Of a stretch of DNA of 64,000 nucleotides, positions 39,436 to 46,512 are shown piece after piece (the stretch's first letter is position 1; the number at the start of each line of letters is the position of its first letter). The notes beneath the pieces were generated by a model that did not search any database, was not told where the DNA came from, and saw nothing but the letters and a program-made list of their open reading frames with translations. Location: the IMG/VR virus record IMGVR_UViG_3300012974_000008, positions 4,409 through 68,408 of that record; one strand, given 5' to 3'. A program made the translations under genes and the position numbers. The DNA comes from a virus (lineage: Duplodnaviria; Caudoviricetes).

Positions 39436-39522
39436 TTCCTCGGGCGGGATTCGAACGCCGCATCTTCCGCTCTCGCGATAAAGACTCGTCAGTCTCTGCT
39501 CTGCCAATTGAGCTACCGAGGA
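39436..39522 (-). tRNA. Aberrant tRNA-like element (6-nt anticodon loop, bulged T-stem)
   Basis: Perfect acceptor TCCTCGG/CCGAGGA, canonical D-arm, GAGAC-TGACGA-GTCTT, 19-nt variable region, GCGG(C)G-TTCGAAT-CCCGC. Confidence 0.65.
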
Positions 39523-39570
39523 TAACCGCGCGTCTCTAAGTATACAGTAGATACATAGAGACGGCCAAGG

Positions 39571-40032
39571 TTAGATCGCCTTGTAGACGGTGACGACCTT
39601 CTCGACTGGCTTGACCTCCTCGGTCGGGCCGTCGAACTCGCCGCCGCTGTAGGACTGGTACCAGCCGTTGCGGCGGAACAGGCGCTCATTGCCGGCGTCG
39701 TCGGTGATCTTGAAGACGAACCAGAGCTGGTCCCCCATGCCTTCGCCGCCGAACTCCTCGACGAGGGTGGCCTGCCCGACGTTCGGGATCGTCACACCGG
39801 CCCGCTCGAGCTTGCGACGGACAAGAGGGGCCCATGTGGAGTTCTCCGGGAGAGGCTCGCGCAGGTAACCATCCTTGTCGACCCACCGGCCGTTGACCAG
39901 CTCCGACGCATCGGGGTTCCGCACGTACACCTCGGTTGCGCTGCATGCCTCCGCGAACTCGTACCAGCTCCCGTCGAACTCGTTGTCCTCGTCCTGGACG
40001 AAGTCGTTGATGTCTTCGATCGTGTAGGTCAT
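39571..40032 (-). CDS. Paralog A of the FxxxGWxxSYxG family
   Basis: LFRRNGWYQSYSGGEFDGPTEEVKPVEKVVTVY. Confidence 0.8.
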   Translation of the reverse strand: MTYTIEDINDFVQDEDNEFDGSWYEFAEACSATEVYVRNPDASELVNGRWVDKDGYLREPLPENSTWAPLVRRKLERAGVTIPNVGQATLVEEFGGEGMGDQLWFVFKITDDAGNERLFRRNGWYQSYSGGEFDGPTEEVKPVEKVVTVYKAI

Positions 40033-40382
40033 TCGTTGCCCTCCTTGGTGTTCCAGATGGTGATGGTCTTCTGTTCGGGCACGACCTCGACGGTGGGTCC
40101 ATCGAGTTCGGATCCGTAGTGCGATTGGCGCCAACCGTTGCGCTTGAAGTACTGCTTGCCGGCGGGTGTCTCGATCGAGATCACGACGTACCGGTCGGTG
40201 TGGAACTCCTCGTTGTAGTCCTCGACGACGGTCACGTAGCCGATGGGCAGGATTTCAACCCCGGGTTGATAGCTGATGTTCTCCCACGCGTAATCCTCGG
40301 ATGATCCTGTGCGCGCGAGGTTGCGCTGATCGAGCCACCACTCAACAAGGGCCTCGTCGACCTGGTTTGCGGTGAGTGTCAC
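40029..40382 (-). CDS. Paralog B of the FxxxGWxxSYxG family
   Basis: YFKRNGWRQSHYGSELDGPTVEVVPEQKTITIW; GTGA overlap start. Confidence 0.8.
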   Translation of the reverse strand: MTLTANQVDEALVEWWLDQRNLARTGSSEDYAWENISYQPGVEILPIGYVTVVEDYNEEFHTDRYVVISIETPAGKQYFKRNGWRQSHYGSELDGPTVEVVPEQKTITIWNTKEGNE

Positions 40383-40672
40383 TGGATCGGCTCCCATTCG
40401 TAGGCGACGATCTCTCGGCCGCGGACCTCGGTGACGCTGTCGACATGGAAGTGGCCGGTGTAGGACTCACTCCACCCGGACACCCTGAAGTGCCTGACAG
40501 AGCCGCTGGCGGACACCACCTTGTAGACCCGCAGGATCTCGTCCGAGAAGACCCGCCCGACTGGTTGGTCGACCAGCTCGACCAACACTGGGCCATCGCT
40601 GGTTTGACGTCCCTGCGGTTCCCCCCGGGTATCCATGACGTTGATGATCGCCATCCATTCATGCATTTCCAT
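40379..40672 (-). CDS. Paralog C of the FxxxGWxxSYxG family
   Basis: HFRVSGWSESYTGHFHVDSVTEVRGREIVAYEW. Confidence 0.75.
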   Translation of the reverse strand: MEMHEWMAIINVMDTRGEPQGRQTSDGPVLVELVDQPVGRVFSDEILRVYKVVSASGSVRHFRVSGWSESYTGHFHVDSVTEVRGREIVAYEWEPIQ

Positions 40673-41452
40673 TTACAACCTCACCAACTTGTCGGATTTG
40701 GATAGATGCTGCTTCACGTAATCGATGTCGGGCTTTCGTAGGACATCGAAGTTCTCGACCAGGAACTTCGCGCTGCGACCCTTGGTCAGGCTTGTGATGG
40801 TGCGTCGCAGGGCCCACTGGTAGGCGGCACCAGGTGAACACTGGTAGTTCTGTGGGATCACCAGGCGCTCGAGGGCGGTCACGTAGATCTCCTCGCGGAA
40901 CATCTGCAGCTGGCGCTCCTTCGGCATTGCCCAGACCTTGGCCATGTCCATCTGCACCGAGTGGCCATCCTTTAGGCACTCCTCGTAGATGGGGCGATCA
41001 CCGTAGGCGACAGACTCGTGGATGGAGTCGTGGACGTAGATGCGCTTCACGGCGTCGGTGAAGAACTCCTCGGCCTCCTGCGTCAGGTCGACGACCTTCT
41101 TGCCGTGCAGGTCTTCCCAGACTTTGTACAGCAGGTCGTGCCATGCCGGAATCAGTTGCGCCCCTGCACGTTTCATGTCGACGAGGTCCATCATGTGCTT
41201 CGACCAGGACCCGTTGCGCAGCTCCCAGTAGGAGTGGCTGAACTTGATTGTGTAGAGCTCATCCAAGGTGGCCGCACGTGCGGTATTCTCGGGGATCAGC
41301 TCGGTGAGGCGGTCATCCCAGAAGACGTCACGTCGCACAGGGTCGCCGGCGAACTTGAGGCTCGTGTCGGAGAAGTAGTCCCAGTCCTTCGGGTCTCGCC
41401 ACCATGGCAGAAGACGTTGTGCTGCAGCCGATCCGATCAAGAGGGTTCGCAT
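40673..41452 (-). CDS. Putative Pol-beta-superfamily nucleotidyltransferase
   Basis: N-terminal LIGSAAA(x9)KDWDY = hGS..DxD signature; later HDSIHE motif. Confidence 0.65.
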   Translation of the reverse strand: MRTLLIGSAAAQRLLPWWRDPKDWDYFSDTSLKFAGDPVRRDVFWDDRLTELIPENTARAATLDELYTIKFSHSYWELRNGSWSKHMMDLVDMKRAGAQLIPAWHDLLYKVWEDLHGKKVVDLTQEAEEFFTDAVKRIYVHDSIHESVAYGDRPIYEECLKDGHSVQMDMAKVWAMPKERQLQMFREEIYVTALERLVIPQNYQCSPGAAYQWALRRTITSLTKGRSAKFLVENFDVLRKPDIDYVKQHLSKSDKLVRL

Positions 41453-41456
41453 GGGC

Positions 41457-41765
41457 TCACTTCAGTCCTGGGTGTTTGATTCTCGTCCATCTGTGCTTCA
41501 AAACCTCCTTGTTCTTTCGTCGTTTCCGTTGCTGTTCGTATGAGGTCTTCTTGACGTGGCAGCTGTGACATAGCGCCTGCCCGTTGGAGACGTCGTCACG
41601 GCCGGGCTTGTCGTACGGCCACGAGTCTCGGTTGATGATGTGGTCAACCTCGGTGGCCGCGCCGGTGCAGCCCTTCCACTGCAGCTCGCAGATGAAGTTG
41701 GCCCGGCGAAGTATGATGGGACGATTGCGGCGCCACTCTGGGGTTAGTGGCTCACCCCAGGTCAC
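41457..41765 (-). CDS. HNH endonuclease (packaging-type)
   Basis: CELQWKGCTGAATEVDHII..SNGQALCHSCHVKKT; upstream of terminase. Confidence 0.88.
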   Translation of the reverse strand: MTWGEPLTPEWRRNRPIILRRANFICELQWKGCTGAATEVDHIINRDSWPYDKPGRDDVSNGQALCHSCHVKKTSYEQQRKRRKNKEVLKHRWTRIKHPGLK

Positions 41766-41929
41766 TCGTGCACCGGATAGATCGAGATGAACCACTCACC
41801 CTGGATGCATGCCGGTGACACCGCGGCCGGGGACGTGACGACGTCGCCAACCCAGTCTTGCGTCTGGACCTTCACCTCAATGTCTGGACTGTGGCGATGC
41901 AGCTCTTTGATCAGCTCCGCGACCGTCAT
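41762..41929 (-). CDS. Hypothetical protein (55 aa)
   Basis: MTVAELIKELHRHSPDIEV; overlap-coupled. Confidence 0.65.
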   Translation of the reverse strand: MTVAELIKELHRHSPDIEVKVQTQDWVGDVVTSPAAVSPACIQGEWFISIYPVHE

Positions 41930-42156
41930 AGGAGTACCACCACTCGCCTGACGTCCACGCCTGAGCGTTCTGCAGCATCTGCAGAGGATGGTCGGGAGTC
42001 GTACATCACGGGCTCGTTGCGGCAATTGAGTACGGGAGTCATCCACTCGCCGGTGATGTCGTCGACTGGCAGCGTCCCTTCCTCGCGGTCGTTGTACACC
42101 ACGTCGGCGTCCATGTCCTGGTACAGAAGTTCGGCGATCAGCTCGCGCACCTTCAC
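41926..42156 (-). CDS. Hypothetical protein, similar N-terminus to neighbour
   Basis: MKVRELIAELLYQDMDADV; GTGA overlap. Confidence 0.65.
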   Translation of the reverse strand: MKVRELIAELLYQDMDADVVYNDREEGTLPVDDITGEWMTPVLNCRNEPVMYDSRPSSADAAERSGVDVRRVVVLL

Positions 42157-42323
42157 CCGAGGGCCTCCCTGGCCCACAGGTAGGCCTCCTCGAGCTTGGT
42201 GAGGGCGATGGACCGCGCCCGGCTGGGGGGCAGGTCGTTGATCGAGTCCTCGACCTCTACGAATTCCCTGGCGGGCGAGCTGTAGGTGCGCTCGTAGTCA
42301 TCGCGCTGGATGCTCTGGCTCAC
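42153..42323 (-). CDS. Acb2/Tad1-like helical-hairpin mini-protein (56 aa)
   Basis: MSQSIQRDDYERTYSSPAREFVEVEDSINDLPPSRARSIALTKLEEAYLWAREALG; GTGA overlaps at both ends; below ORF-track cutoff. Confidence 0.65.
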   Translation of the reverse strand: MSQSIQRDDYERTYSSPAREFVEVEDSINDLPPSRARSIALTKLEEAYLWAREALG

Positions 42324-42673
42324 CTGGTTGCCTCGCGAACCTCGACCACGGTCGGGAACTGGGAGAAGATGCCAACCCGGAATCCGCCGGTCTTGAGGTC
42401 GTAGGTTTTGCCCTCGTCGAGCTTGGACCAGGTATCCCAGGAGCTGAACCCGCCGGCCAGGGAGTCGCCGACCTTGAATGCCCCGCAGCTAGTGCTCAGG
42501 CGATAGGTGCGGGTCGACTTCCCGTCCTGCATGGAATACAGGGTTTCCTTGTCCTCGATTACGCAGCCTTCGTGCCACTCCTGGTTCATTGTCGAGCAGC
42601 CTGTGAGGACTGCTGCCGCCAGGAGGCCCGCGGTGACAAGGGCGCCTGTTCGTGTCGTCATCGATCTCCTCAT
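42320..42673 (-). CDS. Lipoprotein
   Basis: Signal peptide with lipobox LTGC. Confidence 0.75.
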   Translation of the reverse strand: MRRSMTTRTGALVTAGLLAAAVLTGCSTMNQEWHEGCVIEDKETLYSMQDGKSTRTYRLSTSCGAFKVGDSLAGGFSSWDTWSKLDEGKTYDLKTGGFRVGIFSQFPTVVEVREATR

Positions 42674-42954
42674 TTCGGTGTGATTCCGAGCGGTGTGGTC
42701 CGGTCTCTGGCGTCGCCGTGGCGGATCACCCAGAACACCGCGTTGCTGTGGGTCTCCATGCCGATTCGCGGTAGGCAGTGGCAGTCCTCGCTGGCCACAT
42801 GAGGGTTGCCCGGGTCGTCGTACGGGACGACATGGACCGGCAGGTACGAGGTCTCGTCCGGGTCGACATCCGCGGCCGCGGGCCTGAATAGGACCACAAC
42901 GTCGCCATCCGTGGTGAGGCCCTCGAATACGGGGTGGAGCTCCTGATCTGACAT
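42670..42954 (-). CDS. Hypothetical protein
   Basis: HVVPYDD..H..SEDCHCLP..VIRH metal-binding-like motif. Confidence 0.65.
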   Translation of the reverse strand: MSDQELHPVFEGLTTDGDVVVLFRPAAADVDPDETSYLPVHVVPYDDPGNPHVASEDCHCLPRIGMETHSNAVFWVIRHGDARDRTTPLGITPK

Positions 42955-43000
42955 GTGTCTACTGTAGCATTGGACACACGAAGGATTGAAGGGAGAAGCG

Positions 43001-43267
43001 TTGAACTTGCTCGGGAAAATCCTCGATGACTTCATATCCACACGGGAGGTCAGCCTCAACGCCGTCTATGGCGACTTTGATGAGTACATCGAGTTCGGCA
43101 GGGTTGAGATCGCCCAGGACTATCACAGCGGAGAGCTCCAGCTTGTCATCCACTTCCATGCTCATGGCCGGCCCAACCGGGACATGCATGAGATCCACCG
43201 GCTACTCCCCCTGCTGACCGATGTAGCCAACAAAGCCATCACCGAAGCGAGGTTCAGCCACCTGTGA
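43001..43267 (+). CDS. Hypothetical protein
   Basis: GGGAG RBS with TTG start; first gene of a divergent plus-strand operon. Confidence 0.55.
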   Translation: MNLLGKILDDFISTREVSLNAVYGDFDEYIEFGRVEIAQDYHSGELQLVIHFHAHGRPNRDMHEIHRLLPLLTDVANKAITEARFSHL

Positions 43268-43641
43268 CATACGACGACAAGCTCCCGGATCGCAAGAACC
43301 GCAGAGTGTTCAGGCACGCCAAGATGGAGCCCGAGGTGCCCAGGCATCGACGGAAATGGCCGACCGGGAGCTGCAAACGCAACAAAGGCCTCCCCCACCA
43401 GTGGGTCAACGATGATCGCGACTACCCGAGCTGGTTCGGCAACCGTGAGTGGCACGACTCGTACACCTACCGTCGGGCCCTAGTGGAGACCGACGGCGGG
43501 ATGCGCAGCGAGACCCAGAAGGCACTCGTCGGTCAACGCCGAACCGTCTTCAAGAAGTGCATCAAATGCGACAAACGACACCAGGAAGACGAGTGGCGCA
43601 ACGTGGTCGAGAGCAAAGACTGGAAGAAGGTGGTGAGGTGA
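43264..43641 (+). CDS. Hypothetical basic protein with CxxC
   Basis: Overlap-coupled; KCIKCDK. Confidence 0.65.
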   Translation: MTYDDKLPDRKNRRVFRHAKMEPEVPRHRRKWPTGSCKRNKGLPHQWVNDDRDYPSWFGNREWHDSYTYRRALVETDGGMRSETQKALVGQRRTVFKKCIKCDKRHQEDEWRNVVESKDWKKVVR

Positions 43642-43808
43642 TCACGCGGTGCCCAGCGACCGACGTCGTCACCGCGCAGATCGGCGAGGGTGGCGACGCG
43701 ATCTACCCCTTCTACGTCCACATGTGCCGACTTCCCGAGGGGCACTTCCAGGTTCACCGCGGGATGGGTGACCACACATGGCCAAGCGAGAAATGGGAAC
43801 AACTGTGA
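43638..43808 (+). CDS. Hypothetical Cys/His protein
   Basis: GTGA overlap; CPA..HMCRLPEGHFQVH. Confidence 0.55.
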   Translation: MITRCPATDVVTAQIGEGGDAIYPFYVHMCRLPEGHFQVHRGMGDHTWPSEKWEQL

Positions 43809-43821
43809 GGGAGCAACACGC

Positions 43822-44040
43822 ATGAGCCACATCACCATTCGGTTCGAATTCAAGGACATCGAGGACGAGGACCTCGAGTCGACCTACCGGAGACTCTGCT
43901 GCGCACGCCGAGTAGACACGGACCTGACACAAAAGGACATTGAACGAATCACCGAGTCGCTGGGGCAGGCCGACCAGTGGCACGCCGCGGCCTTCAGCAT
44001 TCTTGACGCGATGGAAAGCGAAGGGGCGGTGGAGCTGTGA
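43822..44040 (+). CDS. Hypothetical protein
   Basis: GAGGGAG RBS, MSHITIRFEF. Confidence 0.6.
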   Translation: MSHITIRFEFKDIEDEDLESTYRRLCCARRVDTDLTQKDIERITESLGQADQWHAAAFSILDAMESEGAVEL

Positions 44041-44297
44041 GTGAGCGTGATCCATTCAATGTGTATCGCTACGAGTTGACGAGTCCCGAGAACTGGGGTG
44101 TGCGGACAGCCAGCGGGCGATACGTCATGAGGGTCTTCGCCGAAGACCTCCAGCTACTCCTCGACGAACATGACGAGCTGGCGACCATGCAGGCCTACTG
44201 CACGTCATGTCGGAACTGCGCCAAGCAGCTCGATGACCAGGTCAACATGGAGCAGTACGAGGACGAGATAGTCGAATCCGGCTGGGGTTGGCAGTGA
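44037..44297 (+). CDS. Hypothetical protein
   Basis: GTGA overlap; CTSCRNC. Confidence 0.6.
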   Translation: MSERDPFNVYRYELTSPENWGVRTASGRYVMRVFAEDLQLLLDEHDELATMQAYCTSCRNCAKQLDDQVNMEQYEDEIVESGWGWQ

Positions 44298-44438
44298 ACA
44301 TCGACGAAGTCCGGGGGTTTTTGCTGTCTGTGCATACCCCCCCGAAAAAACCCCCGGAACCCGTACGTATCGCGAGCACACGAGCGTCGCGCGCCCGCGG
44401 GGGGTGCCGGCAGGGGGGTTGACCTGCGGTTTTACAGC

Positions 44439-44691
44439 CGACCGAGCGTTCGTTCGGTGGCTCGCGGCGGCCTGACCAGCGGGTTTGCTACTGCCTAATG
44501 CCGTTAGGTTTCCCGGCCATACCCCAAGGGGGTACCCCACCGAGCGAGCGTTCGGTCGGCGCCCGACCAGTCGATTCACGGACCGAGCGAGCGTTCGGTC
44601 GGGTGACCCGGGGGTCGCCGGCGCCCAGTGTGGCACCCGACCGAGCGAACGTTCGGTCGGTTCCGCGCGCGACCGAGCGAACGTTCGGTCG
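44439..44691. repeat. Five 22-bp quasi-palindromes CGACCGAGCG-NN-CGTTCGGTCG
   Basis: Copies at 44439, 44537, 44580, 44638, 44670. Confidence 0.9.
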
Positions 44692-44740
44692 ACCCCTCGC
44701 GCGCGCGTAAGGGGAAGGCCAGACCAGCCCGACCCCCGAC

Positions 44741-44770
44741 TTGACACCCACCGCTCCACGCGGGTACAGT
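44741..44770 (+). promoter_or_regulatory. Repeated early promoter P1
   Basis: TTGACA-CCCACCGCTCCACGCGGG-TACAGT. Confidence 0.75.
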
Positions 44771-44808
44771 CGGACACGTTCGACCGAGAGACCAGCCCAA
44801 CCTACGGG

Positions 44809-44838
44809 TTGACTCCCACCGCTCCACCGTGGTACGGT
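44809..44838 (+). promoter_or_regulatory. Repeated early promoter P2
   Basis: TTGACT-CCCACCGCTCCACCGTGG-TACGGT. Confidence 0.7.
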
Positions 44839-44853
44839 GGGACCACACCGACC

Positions 44854-44874
44854 GAGAGAGAGAGAGAGAGAGAG
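44854..44874 (+). repeat. (GA)10G microsatellite in the RBS position
   Basis: Ends 6 nt upstream of ATG 44881. Confidence 0.9.
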
Positions 44875-44880
44875 CCGCCG

Positions 44881-45165
44881 ATGTTCGACTCCGCACACTC
44901 ACAAGCCGACCGGGATGCCTATCAGGCCATGACGGACGTATGGGACAGCATCTCCACCGCTGCACAACGTGATCGGGTTGCATCGATCCTGAAGATGATT
45001 GCAGCTGATGCCCATGCTGAGATTGTGCGTGCCCACTACTGCCCTTCCAATGGTTCAATCCGTATCGTCGAGTCTGATGGCATGAGTCAACTGGCAACCT
45101 ACATCCATCGTGACGGTGGGTATGAGACTGCCAAGGCAGCAAAGGCCAAGCGCATAGCCGCTTGA
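44881..45165 (+). CDS. Early hypothetical protein (94 aa)
   Basis: MFDSAHSQAD...; stop TGA lies within the next TTGACA. Confidence 0.7.
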   Translation: MFDSAHSQADRDAYQAMTDVWDSISTAAQRDRVASILKMIAADAHAEIVRAHYCPSNGSIRIVESDGMSQLATYIHRDGGYETAKAAKAKRIAA

Positions 45166-45191
45166 CACCCACCGCTCCACCGTGCTAGACT
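45162..45191 (+). promoter_or_regulatory. Repeated early promoter P3
   Basis: TTGACA-CCCACCGCTCCACCGTGC-TAGACT. Confidence 0.8.
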
Positions 45192-45199
45192 TAGCACAA

Positions 45200-45242
45200 G
45201 CAATACGGGATACCAGACCCTATCCTTCAATGGAAGTATTGC
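45200..45242 (+). ncRNA. Candidate structured leader/sRNA, copy 1
   Basis: GCAATAC/GTATTGC closing stem with GGATA/TATCC and TTC-AATG-GAA arms. Confidence 0.45.
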
Positions 45243-45297
45243 ACTAGGCCGGCTCCCTGCTGGTCCTGTCATACCCTCACTTAGGAAGGCTGGAAAA

Positions 45298-45459
45298 ATG
45301 CAGAGCTACACCTACATCAGCGGGAACACAATGGTCGCAATCGACGCTACGGATGACCTGGACGCGATCGGTCAGGCTCGACAGTGGGCGCCTGCTGGTA
45401 TGATCGGCGGGTATGACCAGCTGATCCGTGAGACCGACGACGTGGACTTGTTCGGCTAG
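45298..45459 (+). CDS. Early hypothetical protein (53 aa)
   Basis: AGGAAGG RBS; MQSYTYISGNTMVAIDATDD. Confidence 0.6.
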   Translation: MQSYTYISGNTMVAIDATDDLDAIGQARQWAPAGMIGGYDQLIRETDDVDLFG

Positions 45460-45462
45460 GGT

Positions 45463-45491
45463 TTGACACCCACCGCTCCACATGCTAGGCT
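45463..45491 (+). promoter_or_regulatory. Repeated early promoter P4
   Basis: TTGACA-CCCACCGCTCCACATGC-TAGGCT. Confidence 0.8.
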
Positions 45492-45504
45492 AACTAGCAA
45501 CAAG

Positions 45505-45548
45505 GCAATACCGGGACAATGGGCCCTATCCTTCAATGGAAGTATTGC
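45505..45548 (+). ncRNA. Candidate structured sRNA, copy 2
   Basis: Same GCAATAC...CCCTATCCTTCAATGGAAGTATTGC as copy 1; no credible ORF before P5. Confidence 0.45.
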
Positions 45549-45623
45549 GCTACACCAGCCATGCTGGTAAGTCATCCCGGTTTAGATGGTCCCTGGACAG
45601 AATCAAACCACAAACCACAAAGG

Positions 45624-45652
45624 TTGACACCCACTGCTCCACCTGCTAGACT
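45624..45652 (+). promoter_or_regulatory. Repeated early promoter P5
   Basis: TTGACA-CCCACTGCTCCACCTGC-TAGACT. Confidence 0.8.
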
Positions 45653-45681
45653 GAAACCACACCGACGAGAAAGGGCAGGGC

Positions 45682-46269
45682 ATGACACACAGAGAGGGCC
45701 AGTGGTATGGCGGGACCATCCACGGCAAGCCCAAAGTGACCGCGCCGGAGAAAGTCTCCACCACCCGTCAGCAGTACCGGGAAGGCGGAAACCCGTGGTC
45801 CAACCTGTCGCCGGCTCATGCTGTCCAAATGCGCCTGGACCTGGAGAAAATTCGTGAGGAGGGCGGCAACGTCTACGCCTACGGCCAGCGTGTCGAGAAC
45901 GTCAGTGAGGGCAGCATGTCTGACACTGAGGCAATCGTCTCCAGCGCAATCGGTGGCACAAGTGCAGCCTTCTACGTCAAGCGTGGAAACTACATTACGC
46001 ACGACGATTACCTTGCGGGCAAGCGCCAGTCCAAGGCGCCCACCGTTGCGGCGCCGCGTGTCCAGGGGACACCCAAGGTCAAGTCCACCACGGCCACAAT
46101 CAATACCGATCGTGCGGCACAGAACCGTCAGCGGCAGATTGACCAGCACGTTACGAAGCTGGTCGGGATGCCGGGTGAGCGGTGGGACAATTACCTCAAG
46201 TGGAACGTTCCCAAGGCGCAGCGGCCGATGGTGTTGTTCGAGCTCGCCAAGGCAATGACTCCGGCTTGA
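45682..46269 (+). CDS. Early hypothetical protein (195 aa)
   Basis: GAAAGGG RBS; stop TGA lies within TTGACA of P6. Confidence 0.75.
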   Translation: MTHREGQWYGGTIHGKPKVTAPEKVSTTRQQYREGGNPWSNLSPAHAVQMRLDLEKIREEGGNVYAYGQRVENVSEGSMSDTEAIVSSAIGGTSAAFYVKRGNYITHDDYLAGKRQSKAPTVAAPRVQGTPKVKSTTATINTDRAAQNRQRQIDQHVTKLVGMPGERWDNYLKWNVPKAQRPMVLFELAKAMTPA

Positions 46270-46294
46270 CACCCACCGCTCCATCAGCTAAACT
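46266..46294 (+). promoter_or_regulatory. Repeated early promoter P6
   Basis: TTGACA-CCCACCGCTCCATCAGC-TAAACT. Confidence 0.8.
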
Positions 46295-46312
46295 GAGAAC
46301 ACAAGCAAGGCA

Positions 46313-46357
46313 GCCCCGACCGAACCGGCGGGCGTGAGGTTCAAGTCCTCACGGGGC
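46313..46357 (+). ncRNA. tRNA-like minihelix (acceptor-like stem plus T-arm)
   Basis: GCCCCG..16 nt..TGAGG-TTCAAGT-CCTCA-CGGGGC. Confidence 0.5.
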
Positions 46358-46447
46358 CCGAGTGGCGACATGCCGGCACGTATGGCCGGCGGTCTATCCT
46401 GAGTCCGACAGTCAATGCAACGCTTGCAAACTGCGACTCACCCGGGA

Positions 46448-46476
46448 TTGACTTCCACTGATCCACCTGCTAGACT
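46448..46476 (+). promoter_or_regulatory. Repeated early promoter P7
   Basis: TTGACT-TCCACTGATCCACCTGC-TAGACT. Confidence 0.75.
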
Positions 46477-46512
46477 GGATACAGAAAGCAAGCCACAAAG
46501 AAAGGCTCCAAA

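Noticed and set aside
44439-44691. Possible CRISPR array
   Set aside because: Spacers are very unequal (10-76 nt), there are only five degenerate 22-mers, and no cas genes; treated as binding sites.
44485-44880. N-terminal extension of ORF 44485..45165
   Set aside because: Translates the palindromic repeats and promoters; the real start is probably ATG 44881.
45519-45857. 112-aa plus-strand ORF across P5
   Set aside because: Overlaps the duplicated RNA element, promoter P5 and the better-supported ORF at 45682; no RBS.
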